From Moniliella sp. 'wahieum' (Eukaryota), in contig RSEE01000065.1 of assembly GCA_003971905.1 (NCBI GenBank), positions 1 through 64,000 of the forward strand: a stretch of 64,000 nucleotides of DNA, read 5' to 3'. The notes under the pieces are model-generated. The model had not been told where the DNA came from. It ran no database searches and saw only the letters and a program-made list of their open reading frames with translations. The position numbers and the translations under genes were made by a program. Numbering within the stretch: the stretch's first letter is position 1; each line of letters starts with the position of its first letter. Of the stretch, positions 49,864-62,910 are shown one piece after another.

Positions 49864-50776
49864 TTAGGAATGGAACAAGCCTGCTTCCCGCTCGATGCGC
49901 GGCACCGTCCCTGACCGGGCCATGTTGAGAAGCGACAAGTAGATGGTCCAGAAAACCTGATGGGGGGTTAGTACCTAGTTAGGATCGGCCTGGGCATGGG
50001 AGCATGAGGAAGAGTGGGAGACGCACCCCGCACGTCGACATGAACGGCACACGGTACTTGAGCGGCATGAAACGAAAGTTGACCAATTGGACCACGGGCC
50101 ATACTTGCCAATTGGCCAATAAGGCTTCGGTGTACATCTGGTGAGTCTCCAAAGTCAGCTTGGTTGTACCGTGGACGGGAGGCACGTACGGATCGGTACT
50201 TGTCCCCGATCTCCTTGGGAGCCTGTCCTTCCAAGACGGAGATGACACCAATGAACGCCGCGACGGAGAAGGGGCCACTGGGAAGGTGTAACATGTAAGC
50301 AGGACAAGCACAGATCAGATCAGGGCAGAGCACAGCCGCCGAAGCGGAAGCAGGAGCAGGAAGCAGAAACAGAAGCGGACGAACAAGATGGTTTGATCTA
50401 CGACGACCCGTCGGAACAGGAGAGGCAAGCGAACCACGCCCGCTTGCACAATGGGAAACCGGCGCTCCAGCATCTTGTTCCATACATCCAACGGCGGAGC
50501 CATGAACATGCCAAAGCCGAGAAACCGGGCGGAGCGGGCCAGGTCAACGCCCACGGCCGATGGGGCTGCTGCTACGTCCGGCACGACGGCGGGCTTTTCT
50601 TCCAGCTCGGAGCTGGCTGCAGCAGGCCGCGTGGGTGAGCGGTGGGCCGCGTACAGCTCAAAGCCCTGTGCACACGCATCAGCCACGACGCTCAGGCCGC
50701 CATTGGTGGCAGCCAAGGTGAGCCACGGATGGTGCTCAAACGAGCGGCCATAGAACGCAGAGAAGCGAGCGAACAT
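49864..50776 (-). CDS. SYM1: Mpv17/PMP22 family protein (Sym1-like)
   Basis: TLAATNGGLSVVADACAQ, DLARSARF, RRVVVDQ, NWQVWPVVQLVNFRFMPLKYRVPF, FWTIYLSLLN. Three introns. Confidence 0.88.
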
Positions 50777-51599
50777 GTGGGCGCCGGCTCGCGAAGCTGC
50801 AGAGGGCAGGCGACGGCAATCGGAGGCGGGGGGGCGGGCGCAGGTTGGCGGGGGGAAGCAGCACGCGACGGCACGTGGAGCTGCTGGACTCGTCTGATCA
50901 TTTCAGTGTGCTTGCCTTGCGGCGAGGGATGGGGACCAGACGGAGGAGGATGGCATTCAGGCACGACGTGCTGCCGGCGACGCTGACGGGCGGAGGAGGG
51001 CGCCGTGCGCTGCTACGCGCTAACCCCCGGCCGGCGACGGAGGAAGTGCGACCAAGACGACGCAAGCGGGACGTGCCCAGAGGCACAGCCAGCCCATCGT
51101 AGCCCGTCGCCCAGTCCCGTCAGCGTCTCGGCTGCGACACGGCCGCGGGGCAAGGCAGGACAACAAGACTGCTTCCACGGCGCTTCCGCCTGCGCACTAG
51201 GGTTGCCGTTTCTGAGCCCCTACGGTAGCCGTGCCGGCCGCAGCCGGGGGGCAGCTGAGCCACACTGACGCCCTGCGCGTCGATTTTTCTCGCGTGCTGC
51301 GACGCGGACGGACGCGACCCGGAATCGTGCAGGGAGCACGCCCCGCTCCCGCCCCGTCCCCCACCTCCGTCGTCCCCCGTCCCCGCCTCACCACCGTCCG
51401 CCTCTTCTCCAGTAGCACGCCCTCGCGACGTCGGCCCTGGCTTGGAGCATAAAATCCAAAAAAGTATGTGTTCTACCGTGTATGCCTGCCCCTGCTGACG
51501 CTCCATGTGCTTACTCCAGACCCCAAAAAAAACCATAAAACACCTGAACCCCCCCCCAGGAACCCCCCTCCCCATTCCCTTCCCTCGTGCTTGACCATC

Positions 51600-53471
51600 A
51601 TGTCCGCCACCGAGCTAGCCGCTCCCCCGTCGCCTGCGACCGCCACACAGGCTCCTGCCGCTACTGTGCCCGCGGTCGAGACGTCCGCTGCGCCTGCTGC
51701 CGAGAGCACGCCCGCTGCTAGCAGTGAGGCGGCGCCGGCGTCCAACCCATCGTCGTTGTACGGGGGAGCTGGACCCGGTTGTGACGGAGGCGCTGCTGTT
51801 CCAGATCTTCAACACGATTGGCAGTGTGCAAAGCATCCGGGTGTGCCGAGATGCACAGACGCGTCGGTCGCTCGGGTACGCCTATGTCAACTTTAACGAG
51901 CCGGCGGATGCGGCCAAGGCGCTGGAGGAGCTGAACTACTCGGCGATCCGGGGCCGGGCGTGTCGGATCATGTACTCGCAGCGTGACCCTGCGCTGCGCC
52001 GCACGGGCGCCGGCAACATTTTCATCAAGAACCTGGACGAGAGCATTGACAACAAGACGCTCCACGACACGTTTTCTGCGTTTGGCACCATCTTGTCGTG
52101 CAAGGTGGCGACGAACGAGCGGGGCCAGGGCTTGGGCTACGGCTTTGTCCATTACGAGACCAAGCAGGCGGCCGACCAGGCGATTGAGCACGTAAATGGC
52201 ATGCTGATCAACGACAAGAAGGTGTGTACGTTGGTCACCACATTCCCAAGAAGGAGCGTCTAGCCAAATACGAGGAGGCCAAGGCGCGCTTCACCAATGT
52301 GTACGTCAAGAATCTCGACCCGGCCACGACGGACGACGAGTTTGAGGCGTTGTTTGCCAAGTTTGGCGAGATTACCTCGTGGCACGTGGCCAAGAACGAG
52401 GAGGGCAAGCCGGCTGGGTTTGGCTTTGTCAACTATGCCTCACACGATGCGGCGCAGGCGGCGGTGACGGAGCTGAACGACACGGAGCTCAAGGGCCAAC
52501 GGCTGTTTGTGGCGCGTGCGCAGAAAAAGTCGGAGCGCGAGGCGGAGCTGCGGCGCAACTACGAGTCGGCGCGCAACGAGCGTCTGTCGCAGCTGCAAGG
52601 CGTTAACCTCTTCCTCAAGAACCTGCCCGAGGAGTTTGACGACGAGCGGCTTAAGGCCGAGTTTGGCACGTTTGGCACCATCACCTCGACCAAGGTGATG
52701 CGCGAGCCGACGGGCGTCTCGCGCGGCTTTGGCTTTGTCTGCTTTCTCCACCCCCGAGGAGGCCAACAAGGCAATTGTCGAGATGAACGGCAAGATGGTT
52801 GACAACAAGCCGCTCTATGTTACCCACGCGCAGCCGCGCGAGGTGCGTCGTCGCAGCTCGAGGCGCAGATGCTGCAACGGCAACAGCTGCGCCTGCAGCA
52901 ACAGGCGAGCCAGGGCATGGGCTACGGCGCTCCCAACATGTACTACGGCCAGCCGTTTGCTGGGCAACCAGCACCGTTGCCGCGGGGCACCCGCTACCCG
53001 CCGGGGGTGATGCCGCCTGGCATGCCCCTGCCTGCGTACGGGCAGGTGCCAGGCCAGTATGCCGGCGCGGTGCCGCCGGCGGCGTACGGCCGTCCAGCGC
53101 GTGGCCCACGGGGTGCGCCGGCGGGTGCGTGGGTGGGTGCGGGTGCGGGTGGGCCGCAGGAGCAGGAGCCGGTGGCTGTGGCTGTGCCTGCGGGCGGGAC
53201 GGCGGCGGCGGGCATGGCGGCGGGGCTGGACGCGGCCACGCTGGCAGCGGCGCCGGCGGAGGAGCAGAAGCAGATGCTGGGCGAGGCGATCTACCCGCAG
53301 ATTGCCGAGACGCAGCCGGAGCTGGCGGGCAAGCTGACGGGGATGCTGCTGGAGATGCCGGTGGAGGAGCTGCTGCACCTGGTGGAGCACCGCGCGGCGC
53401 TGGACGCAAAGGTGGCCGAGGGGCTGCGGGTGCTGCAGGCGCACGTGACAGCAGACGAGGCGCGCGCGTAA
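51600..53471 (+). CDS. PAB1: Cytoplasmic poly(A)-binding protein
   Basis: Four RRMs ([38 protein letters not shown]) and an MLLE domain ([22 protein letters not shown]). Confidence 0.96.
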
Positions 53472-53839
53472 TCATAGCGGGGGGGCAGTATGTATTTGGG
53501 CAGTATGCATGCTGGGGGGGTCGACGGGTGTGTGTGCGCTGGGGCTAGGGTTGGCGGATGGGCGATGCTGTAGAAGTGCAAGGGATGGAACAGCTCCCCT
53601 CGCGCGCTGACGCGTGACGGACGCAGCCACAAGCAGCGCTGCCTGGCGCGTGCTCAAGTTGAACGTTCAGCCCCCGGTGAATGCTGCTGATCAGCACCGC
53701 GCATCGATCACCGATCACCGATCACCGCGGCCCCCAGCCAGCCCAGCCCGCCCACGCCGGTGGCGGCCCAGGCGCGCTCCACACCCACACCCACACCCAC
53801 GCCCACGCCCCCCCCCCCCACCACCGCCTGCTCCTCGCC

Positions 53840-55741
53840 ATGGGCAACCTCTGCAGCTGCGGCCGCTCCCGCCACGCCCAGTACGAGCCGCTGCTGCTCG
53901 ACACGGAGCGCGACGCCGTGGCCGACCTGCTCCAGTACCTCGAGAACCGCTCCGAGAGGACTTTTTCCAAGGCGAGCCGCTCAAGGCGCTGTCGACGCTC
54001 TCCTTTAGCGACAATGTCGACTCCAGCGCAGTGCCGCGCTGGCCTTTGCCGAGATCACCGAGAAGGAGGTCCGCGAGGTCGGCCCCGACACGCTCAAGCC
54101 CATCCTCTTCCTGCTGCAGAGCCCGGACGTGGAGGTGCAGCGGGCGGCGAGCGCGGCGGGGCAACCTGGCGGTAAACAGTTGTTGGTTTGGTTTTGTTTG
54201 CGCTCGTTGTGTTTGGTCTGCTTGTTGACCATATGCCTGCTCCTGCTCCTCCTTCTGACCCGTGCGCCGTGCTCCTCCCCAGCCGAAAACAAGCTGCTGA
54301 TCGTGCGCATGAAGGGGCTCGAGCCGCTCATCCACCAGATGCTCAGCCACAACGTCGAAGTCCAGTGCAATGCCGTCGGCTGCATCACCAACCTGGCCAC
54401 CCACGACGAAAACAAGACCAAGATTGCCCAGTCGGGTGCGTTGCTGCCCTTGACGCAGCTGGCGGGTCGAAGGACATGCGTGTGCAGCGCAATGCGACCG
54501 GCGCGCTGCTCAACATGACCCACAGCGACGAGAACCGGCAGCAACTGGTCGCTGCCAATGCGATCCCTGTGCTGGTCAGCTTGCTTTCCAGCAACGATAC
54601 CGATGTGCAGTACTACTGCACCACCGCGCTCAGCAACATTGCTGTCGATGCAGAGAACCGGACCAAGTTGGCGCAGACGCAGCCGACGCTCGTGCAACGC
54701 TTGATCGCCTTGATGGACAGCAACAGTCTGCGCGTTCAGTGCCAAGCTGCGCTCGCACTGCGCAACTTGGCCAGCGACGAGAAGTACCAAGTGGAGATTG
54801 TCCGCTTTGGCGGGCTGACCCGCTGCTGCGCCTGCTCCAGAGCTCCTTCCTACCTCTCATCCTCTCTGCCGCTGCGTGCGTGCGCAACGTCTCGATCGAC
54901 CCCCACAACGAGACAGCGATCATCGAGGCGGGCTTCTTGCACCCGCTGATTGAGCTGTTGAGCCACGACGACAATGAGGAGATCCAGTGCCATGCCATTT
55001 CGACCTTGCGCAACTTGGCAGCCAGCAGCGAGCGCAACAAGGCCGAGATTGTGGCGGCGGGCGCGGTGCAGCGCATCAAAGCACTTGTGCTGCATGTGCC
55101 GCTGGCAGTGCAGAGCGAGATGACGGCCTGTGTCGCGGTGCTGGCCTTGAGCGAGGACTTGAAGCCGCAACTGCTCGGGATGGGCATGTGAAGTTCTCAT
55201 CCGCTCACGGCGAGTGAGAGTAGAGGTGCAGGGCAACTCGGCGCCGCAATGGGCAACCTGGCCAGCAAGAGCGAAGACTATGCACCGTTCAATGCGGTTT
55301 GGGACCACCCGGCCGGTGGGTTGGAGGCCTATCTCGTTCGCTTCCTCGAAAGTGGCGACTCGACCTTCCAGCACATTGCCGTCTGGACCGTGCTCCAATT
55401 GCTGGAGGGCAAGGACCCGGAGCTGGAAGAACACTTTAAGCGATCCCCAAGATCCTGCCCTTGGTGCGCCAACTCGCCTTTGCCCCGTCCGAGTACCCGC
55501 CGGACACGTCCGAGCACAAGGAAGGCGGGTCCGACGTCTCGGGTCTCCCGAAGGTTCATCGATCGTGCCCTCCAACTCGGGCTCGGACGACCAAGGCGCC
55601 GAGGCGGAAATTGCTAACTTGGCCCAGCGCCTGGTTGCCATGCTGGAGGAGACGAACAAAATTGAGTTGGTGAGGTGTGCGCGCGCCTCTCCCCTGTTCC
55701 TGCCCCCTCCCCCCCCCCCGCCCCAACCTGGCCATACGTAA
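53840..55741 (+). CDS. VAC8: Vacuolar armadillo-repeat protein Vac8 (3' end approximate)
   Basis: MGNLCSC acylation motif, [23 protein letters not shown], and ARM repeats ([46 protein letters not shown]). Confidence 0.95.
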
Positions 55742-55766
55742 CCCATACGTAACCCATACGCAACCC
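55732..55766 (+). repeat. 11-bp tandem repeat (CCATACGTAAC) x3
   Basis: Seen directly; the last copy has one substitution. Confidence 0.8.
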
Positions 55767-56290
55767 AGGTTGGGACGGAGGGTAGGAGGGAGTAGGATAC
55801 GACGTGCACCCCTTGCCATGCGGCAACGACGAGGAGATCGTGGCCCACCCCTCTGTGCCGCTCCGAGTGTTTCTCTTGCATCTGTTTCCCATGGTCCTTT
55901 CTTTTCCGTAGGTATCTTTTGCTCCACGGCCCTTTCCCCCGCCTCCCGCCATGTTTCGCTTTCCTCCCTCTTCCATCTGCCCTACCCGCCTTTCCTCCCC
56001 CGTCTCGAGGTGAACTTTTTTTTTGTCTATTGTTTGGTGCTGGAACGCCGACAAGCTGCTTCCCCCATCCGCCATTGATCTACATACACCATTTCCTCAG
56101 GTCCTCTTCAGCTGCGAGCTGCACAGGTGGAGTGGCGGAGAGACGGTTGTAGGTGGCAGCTGGTGAGATGCAGACAACGTGCTATAACGCGCACTGGATT
56201 CGATTGCTCACATGGGGATCGCAGTGACTAGTGACTAGTGAGGACGATCGAATGGGCCGTCAGCGCGTCAGTACAGTTCCAAAAGTAAAG

Positions 56291-56361
56291 TGGACGAACA
56301 GGGAATTGAACCCGGACCTCATGCATGCTAAGCAAGCGCTCTACCCCTGAGCTATCCGCCC
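56291..56361 (-). tRNA. tRNA-Ala(AGC), intronless
   Basis: GGGCGGA TA GCTC AGGGGTA GAGC G CTTGC TT AGC AT GCATG AGGTC CGGG TTCAATT CCCTG TTCGTCC A. G3:U70 Ala identity pair, followed by a T-run. The variable loop/T-stem looks one base short. Confidence 0.92.
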
Positions 56362-57060
56362 GTACTGGCCTTGCCAGGTCATTCAGAGGGACCTGGAGAA
56401 GATCAAGCCAGGACTAGAATTGACAATTCCCCGCCACTGATTAACCTACTTTCGTCCCTCAGTCCAAGCGTAGGTGCCGGCAGCCAAGGCGGACAGACCC
56501 AGCGTAGGAGAGTCTTGGCCAACACGCGCCCCCATCTACCCTACCACCCTCCTACAACCTCTCCAGTACCCTGGCCACACGGGCGTACAGCGTCCGAGCG
56601 CTGGCTGTGCCTGCCCGTCGGGAAGAAGCGATGGGACAACTCTCCTGTTTGGGGCCGACCAAACCACAAACGGGCGGCGTAGGGGAGCACCAGGGCGAAG
56701 CTGGTCGCCGAAGGAGGAAGGCGTGCCGAACAGATTCGCGTGTCGGACGTCCTCTCTTTCACTTTCACATTCACTTTACTGTCTCCTTCGCTTGGCCAGG
56801 GTCGCACGCCCACCCACGTACCACTGTCCCCGCCCGGTAGGCTATCGGGGCAAAGGAGGCACGCGCGCAGGGCCGCCAGAGCGGTGCGCGTGAACGCCGC
56901 GAGGGCACGGTGAGTAGTTGGTTCGGAACGAGCGAGGGTAGCAGGCAGAACACAGGCCGCGCGAAGCACCCAGCAGTGGCAATGAATTTTTTGAGAGTAC
57001 AAGTACAGCGAGCGCGCGTGCGGGGCCCAGGCGCGAGGCTAGGGAGAGGGGGCGAGGAGA

Positions 57061-57347
57061 CTAGCGCGCCTCAAAGTGCAACTGGACGAGGAAAAGGAAG
57101 GAGAGGTCAGCGGCCGATCGCATGGCGACCCAGACCCAGCCCGAACAGCACTGCACCGCAGCGGGCGGGCAGATGGCCAACGTACCATCTTGGTCGTCCG
57201 GGGCTTGTACACGATCCGGTGGCCGCACTCTTTGCAGGATGGGCTCCTTGGGCCGGATCTCGACCTTGGCGGAACATGCTCCGCAGATGTACTGCGGCAC
57301 ACTCTGGGGCTTCGAGGCGTAGGGGCGCCGGTGGCGTAGGTGCTCAT
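57061..57347 (-). CDS. RPC10: RNA polymerase I/II/III shared subunit RPABC4 (Rpb12)
   Basis: YICGACSAKVEIRPKEPI.CKECGHRIVYKPRTTKM|LHFEAR zinc ribbon. Confidence 0.92.
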
Positions 57348-57578
57348 GGCGCGCAGGCGGCGGTGGTGGCGGCAGGCTAATCCCAACCCTCGTCCCGCCC
57401 GACAAATTTAGATGGGCTCGGCGCGGCTTACCTCAGCCTCTCTCCCGCCAGGTTCCGCTGGCTGCCGAGTGACGCCAGTCCAGGCTGGTTGCGGGACGCG
57501 GGCACCCGAAAAAAGAAAAAATACCGTCCCACGCTTGGCTGTCCTCCATCGGAGCTTCCTGGCCTGCTCCCCGCCCCA

Positions 57579-58287
57579 ATGTCGTTCCGTGGTGGCCGTG
57601 GTGGCTTTGGCGAGCGCGGTGGCCGTGGGGATTCCGCGGCGGGCGTGGAGGTGCGCGTCCCTTCACTGCTGGCCCACCCGACACGGTGCAAGAGATGGGC
57701 AGCTTGGTGCATGCCGTGGAAGGCGAGATGCTGTGTGCGTCAACGGACGCCAAGCACGTCCCTTACTTCAACGCTCCCATCTAGTATGTATCTCTTTGCG
57801 CGCCTGTCCGCGCCCGGTCCGCGTCCGCGTCCGCCACCGCCCTTGCGCCCCAGCACCCTGACCGTTGTCGCATTCCATAGCTTGCACAACAAGTCGCAAA
57901 TCGGTAAGGTGGACGAGATTCTGGGCGCGATCAACCAAGTGTTCTTCACTGTCAAGATGGATGCTGGCATGGTCGCGTCCTCGTTCAAGCCGGAGGATAA
58001 GGTGTACATTGGAGGCGACCGTCTGCTGCCCATTGAGCGGTTTTTGCCCAAGCCCAAGGCACCCAAGGTGGCCAAGAAAAATCCAGCTCCCAGCGCGGCG
58101 GCTTGGGTGGCAGCCGCGGCGCCCCGCGCGGCCGCGGTGCATTTGGCGGCCGCGGTGGTCGTGGGGGCTTCTCGGCTGGCCGCGGGGGTGGACGGGGCGG
58201 GTTTGGTGCGCCCCGCGGAGGGCGGGGTGGGTTTGGTGCGCGGGCGGCGGACGCGGTGGCTTCCGCGGCGGGCGGGGAGGATACTAA
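57579..58287 (+). CDS. GAR1: H/ACA snoRNP protein Gar1
   Basis: RGG-rich termini, VPYFNAPI|..[34 protein letters not shown]. Confidence 0.95.
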
Positions 58288-59531
58288 ATGAGCCTCAGAT
58301 TCCCCCCCACACCCCTCCCTCTGTGGGAGGATTGAGCGCTCATGTCGGTCAGGCGTGAGAGGCGCGTGGCTCGTCCTGCGCTGGGTGTACGAAGCCAAGG
58401 TTCGTTGTACTAGTTACCTTTCTTTTCCTCTCGGTCTACTAGACTGGACAAAAAACGGTCACGATAGAGCTGTATGTGATGGGATAGGACAGGGCTCATG
58501 GACGGTGAGCATGGAGGGTATCTGGTACTGGGCATCCCGCCGTCCCTTTCGGACGGCGTGCAGGTGCAATGCGATCGGGATGAGGAAAGAAAGAGGAGCA
58601 ACGGGGACGAAACAGATGGCCCTGTCGCCCTCGTTGTAGGCGGCTTGATGGTGGTAAACAAGGAGGATGCCATCGAGGAATGACCGTGGCAGGAAAGGGC
58701 ATGTGTGATGCACCACTCTTCCATCCCACACGGACTTCTCATTTGCCCCGGGGTTGGCTTAAGGAAAACTGGGGCATAGGTTGGATTCACTTCGAGGGAC
58801 TGAGAGTTGTGGGGACCATGGCTGTAGGCGAGGTCGATATGAAACAGTATCTGCATCGCATTACACAAGCCATCCTTTCTCCGGCAGCTGTGATCCTGGT
58901 GATTAAGGGGAGTTTTGAGAGGTTTTGTTATGTAGCAACTAGTAATGACTTTGATCGTCCGCTTGGTGTTCGTTCATTAATCATTTCTCTCCGACCTATT
59001 TTGGGAAACAGTCTCCTTTTTGTGACTTATTGTTGTTCAGTTTCGTTGACACAGCAGACCTATATCTCGTGGATCTCGTGCTCTGCTTCTGTGGTATGTG
59101 TCACGGGGGGCGCCGCCAAGGGGCCGCCCTGTGGGGTTTTTGGGGTACAATCCCTTAGGCGACGGTAGGTCGACTCACGGTAGTTTCGGGCTTGGGCTGG
59201 TTGGGTATCCGAGCGGAGCTAGGGACGAGGAGAGGCCTTTGGTGGGGCGGCTGCACGTGTGGCAAGGCTACGTCTGCACCGGCTTGGCTGTAGTAACGTC
59301 TGAAGCCTCCGGGACTTAGGGACCGGAGGAGGCAGAGGGGGACAAACACTGCCTCAACTGAGACTGGGAATCGACGCGACCAAAGGAGGGCTCGCGCGAC
59401 TGGACTGACGAAGGGCTGGAGGACGAGGTCGGAGGAGATGTCGAACGCTAACAAGAGGAGCTGCCTGTACTGGATCAATTGGCTGGAAAACGGGCAGGGG
59501 TCGGACAGGATAGGCGGGAAAGGACGAGAGG

Positions 59532-59574
59532 ATGACGAGAGCATGACGAGAGCATGACGAGAGCATGACGAGAG
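59532..59574 (+). repeat. 11-bp tandem repeat (ATGACGAGAGC) x~4
   Basis: Seen directly. Confidence 0.85.
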
Positions 59575-60579
59575 TGGAGACGAGAATGGAAGGTGGGGAA
59601 AAGATCCCCATCAACCAGGGGTACAGGCAGGATCAAACGGAAACGGATACAAGAGGGGGTGTAGAAAGGAGACACGTCAAAAGCGGGGGTGGTCGCTGCA
59701 GGCGCGACCGAGAAAGGAAAAGGAAACGGGGACGGGGCGACAGACCTCGCCACGGCACTGGAAGCTCGGTGGCCTTATTTAGGCCGGCCGACTTGGACTT
59801 GGGCGGGGGGGACTATTGTCTCGCTGAGCATGGCCCTTCGGCCACGATACTTAATTAGCCAACCATCATCACACTTGTTGGTTGGCTTGCGGAGCACGCT
59901 CTACTGGGCATGTGTGGAGCAGGCGGGCCTTAGCTTGGGTCGGACCACATCTCGTGTCCGCCACAGCCCGTGACAGCATGAAGGTTTCGGATTTGGTCTC
60001 ATGTCGGTTGCGACTTTGGTTGAGCGTAAGGATTCGTTCGTTCGGATGCAAGAAAAAGCACACAGAGTGGAGGCGCCGTTCTGCCCGCTAGGGGAACGTC
60101 ATTCTGTCGGTGACGGTGCTGATAGTACAAATGATAAAGTGTCACCAACAGCTCACTAGTAGCTACAGTATGGAAGGGCTACAGCCAACAAGAGGATAGT
60201 AGGAACGAAACGGAAGGACCTAAGACGGAGGTTTGGGATGGTGGGGGGGGGGTGGACAGGTGCATGGATAAAGTGAGGTTGATATATACGGCCTACGAAT
60301 GGGAAGCCCCATTCCCAGGAAAAAGGAGAAGGCGCTGAGGCTGTCTTGAAAAGGCTGCCCCGTGCGGTCTCTACCGCGCCGGGCAGAGGGGTTGCGGCAG
60401 GGCGGAATGGGGTGGTGGTTCCGCTGGACGGGTGGATAGTTGCGGTGGTGGGTGATTGGGTGCTGTTTGGTGCTGGTTGGTGCGGCTGTGGGGGCGCGAA
60501 TTGAGTGTTGTTCTCTCCTGGCCTGGCTGGCCACGATCAACATCCCCGTCACCACCACCTCCTCTTCCTCCTCCTCCCC

Positions 60580-61796
60580 ATGTTTCCACGCTCCAAGGCT
60601 GCGCCCATGGACTGGGAGCGGGACGAGGAGATCATCTCCTCCCCCATCTGGACCCCCCGCGCACCGCAGTCCCAGCCCCCACCACAGGCGGCGGACGAGT
60701 CGGTGCCGGATGTTGAGATGGCGGATCAGTCGCTCCTGTCCCCCGGGGAAGATGCCAATCAAGCACAAGCACTTACCCACGCCGGTGCTGCTGCATCGTT
60801 CCCTTCCGCAGCGGTGGGTGGGCCCGCGGCCGCAGCGCACAGCGAGGAAGAAGAACGGAGGCCGCGGGTGTTTGAGAAGAACCATCTGTTCCACGCTTCG
60901 CGGACGCGCGGAGCGGCCGAACGTGCACGTGGGTTGCGCCACCGCCGCTCGCACCGTGCTTTGGTTCCGTCCGGCTCAGTGGACGATCCGGACCAAGACG
61001 ACGCCGACGAGAGCGATAAAGCAGGCGATGTGAGTCTGTCGCGTGCGGCGGGCACGGCGATCAATTATTTCTTCTCCTCGCCTGTCCCGCCCCCCGTGCC
61101 AACATCGTTGACTCACTTTGATTGGCCCGAAGTTCTGCTTGGGTACGCCCCCCCCCCCCCCCCCTTCTTTCCATGATCGTCGTCGCTGACCAACGCAAAC
61201 TAGCTACGCCAGTTCATCTTTAATGCCCTCGTCCTCGTTGGCATCCTGTGGGTGGCCTACATTATTCTTGCCACCATCACCAGCGACGTGCGGGAACGAG
61301 TGGAGGAGACGACGATGGACTCGATGAGCCATGTGCTGGAATGCTCAAGGCTGTTTGACATGTACAAGTGTGGCACGCCCCAAGAGCTAGCGCCGTCCTA
61401 CAACAACTGTCGTGAATGGGAACGGTGCAAGGTGCGCAACCCGTCGGTAGTCGGGCGTACGGCCGTCGCCGCCGGTTTGTTGGCCGAGACGCTCAACCAA
61501 TTTTCGACGGCCTGTCGTGGAAGACAACGCTGGTGCTGCTGGTGCTGGTTGCGCTTGTCGTGCGCGCCGCCAACTCCTTCTTTGCCTACTTCCGCATCCA
61601 AACGGCCCAGCGCCGCTCCCAACGTTCTCGCTCTCGCTCTCGTTCCCGCCCACGCTCCCACCCCCACCCGGACGACTACTACGCCCATGCGTTGCGGGCG
61701 CCGCCGGCTGCCGTGCGCACACGTACTGCACCAGCTGTTGTGCCTTGGCATCCGGACGACTCGGCAGATGCCTCGGCGGACGTGACGTCGACGTGA
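60580..61796 (+). CDS. Nuclear envelope protein of the Brr6/Brl1 family
   Basis: PMDWE N-terminal motif, a TM segment, a four-Cys luminal loop (LECSRLFDMYKC..CREWERC..VGRT), and a second TM after GLSWKT. Confidence 0.85.
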
Positions 61797-62910
61797 GCAG
61801 GAGTAGCACGCCATCGTTCGGGCGAGTAGGGGGCCGCGTTCCTATCCTAATGTTTCAACGCTCGTCGTGCTTCCAGCTTACCGCTCCCTGCCCCGTCTCC
61901 CTGCCCTGACAAAGAAGAACGTCCATTCGTGTAGCCCTGTCCTTTCGGACAAAAACATCATTGTTCCAATCTGCAGATGGGAACCCCGGGGTTCAGGGTC
62001 CCCAACGACCCCATCAGAAGAGTATAATCCGTGTACGAGGCGGTAACAAGGAGCAGGCAAAGTCGAAAAGACAGGTAGTCCTCATGGAAAGCTACTCATA
62101 AGCGAACCTATTAAACCCAGCAGACAACCAAACAAACAACAACAGCAGAACCGAGAAAGGGGAGCTAAGCAGGAAGTGGAGGGTTCCCCAGACAGTCTCA
62201 ACCCCAGTTGATGCGGTGAAATGGATCGGGAGTGTGGTAGGAATTGGTAAGAAGCCCGAGCACAGTAACAAGTACGGGGTAGGAGGTTGGGTGTTGTGCG
62301 CGGTCACACAGTGCGCGAAAAGTCAATGCATTACTACCTACATCACCCTACTAATATGCTCTAGGGACGCTGTCCCCGCCTCTCCCTGTTCCTGTCCCCC
62401 ACGGGCACTGGCACCTGCTGCAGAACTGAGATCTGATGTTTCCTGCTCATGCACTACATTCAAAAGATCAGTTTCGGTTTGGGTTGGAGAAGGGGTACTA
62501 TTAGGGAGGAGTTCCATTGCCCTGTCGGGCACTAACATCGCTAGCCCAGTACACAGAGAAAGTGACGGCGCCCATCGCGTTTGGGGAAGAATCGCGATGG
62601 GCGACGGAGGAGGGAAGAGGATAAAAGGGGAGGGGAGCACAAGGGAGAGAGGGGCAAGTCGAAACCAGTCGACAGGGAACCAAGGTCATCAAGACCATGG
62701 CTGCCCTTGCCTCACCTCGTGCCCTAACCAACCATGGCAACATAGTTGGTGGGGGGGGTCTCGGGGCCCCTACCAGGGGGCCCGAACAGTACAAAAAAGA
62801 GGGCTGTCTCAGGGTACGGACGTGTAGATAGGGCAGGAGGGTGGCGGCAAGGCACAAAGGGCAGAGAAGAGGGCAAATATGATATCGAGCGCATGCGTGT
62901 TCTCCAAGTC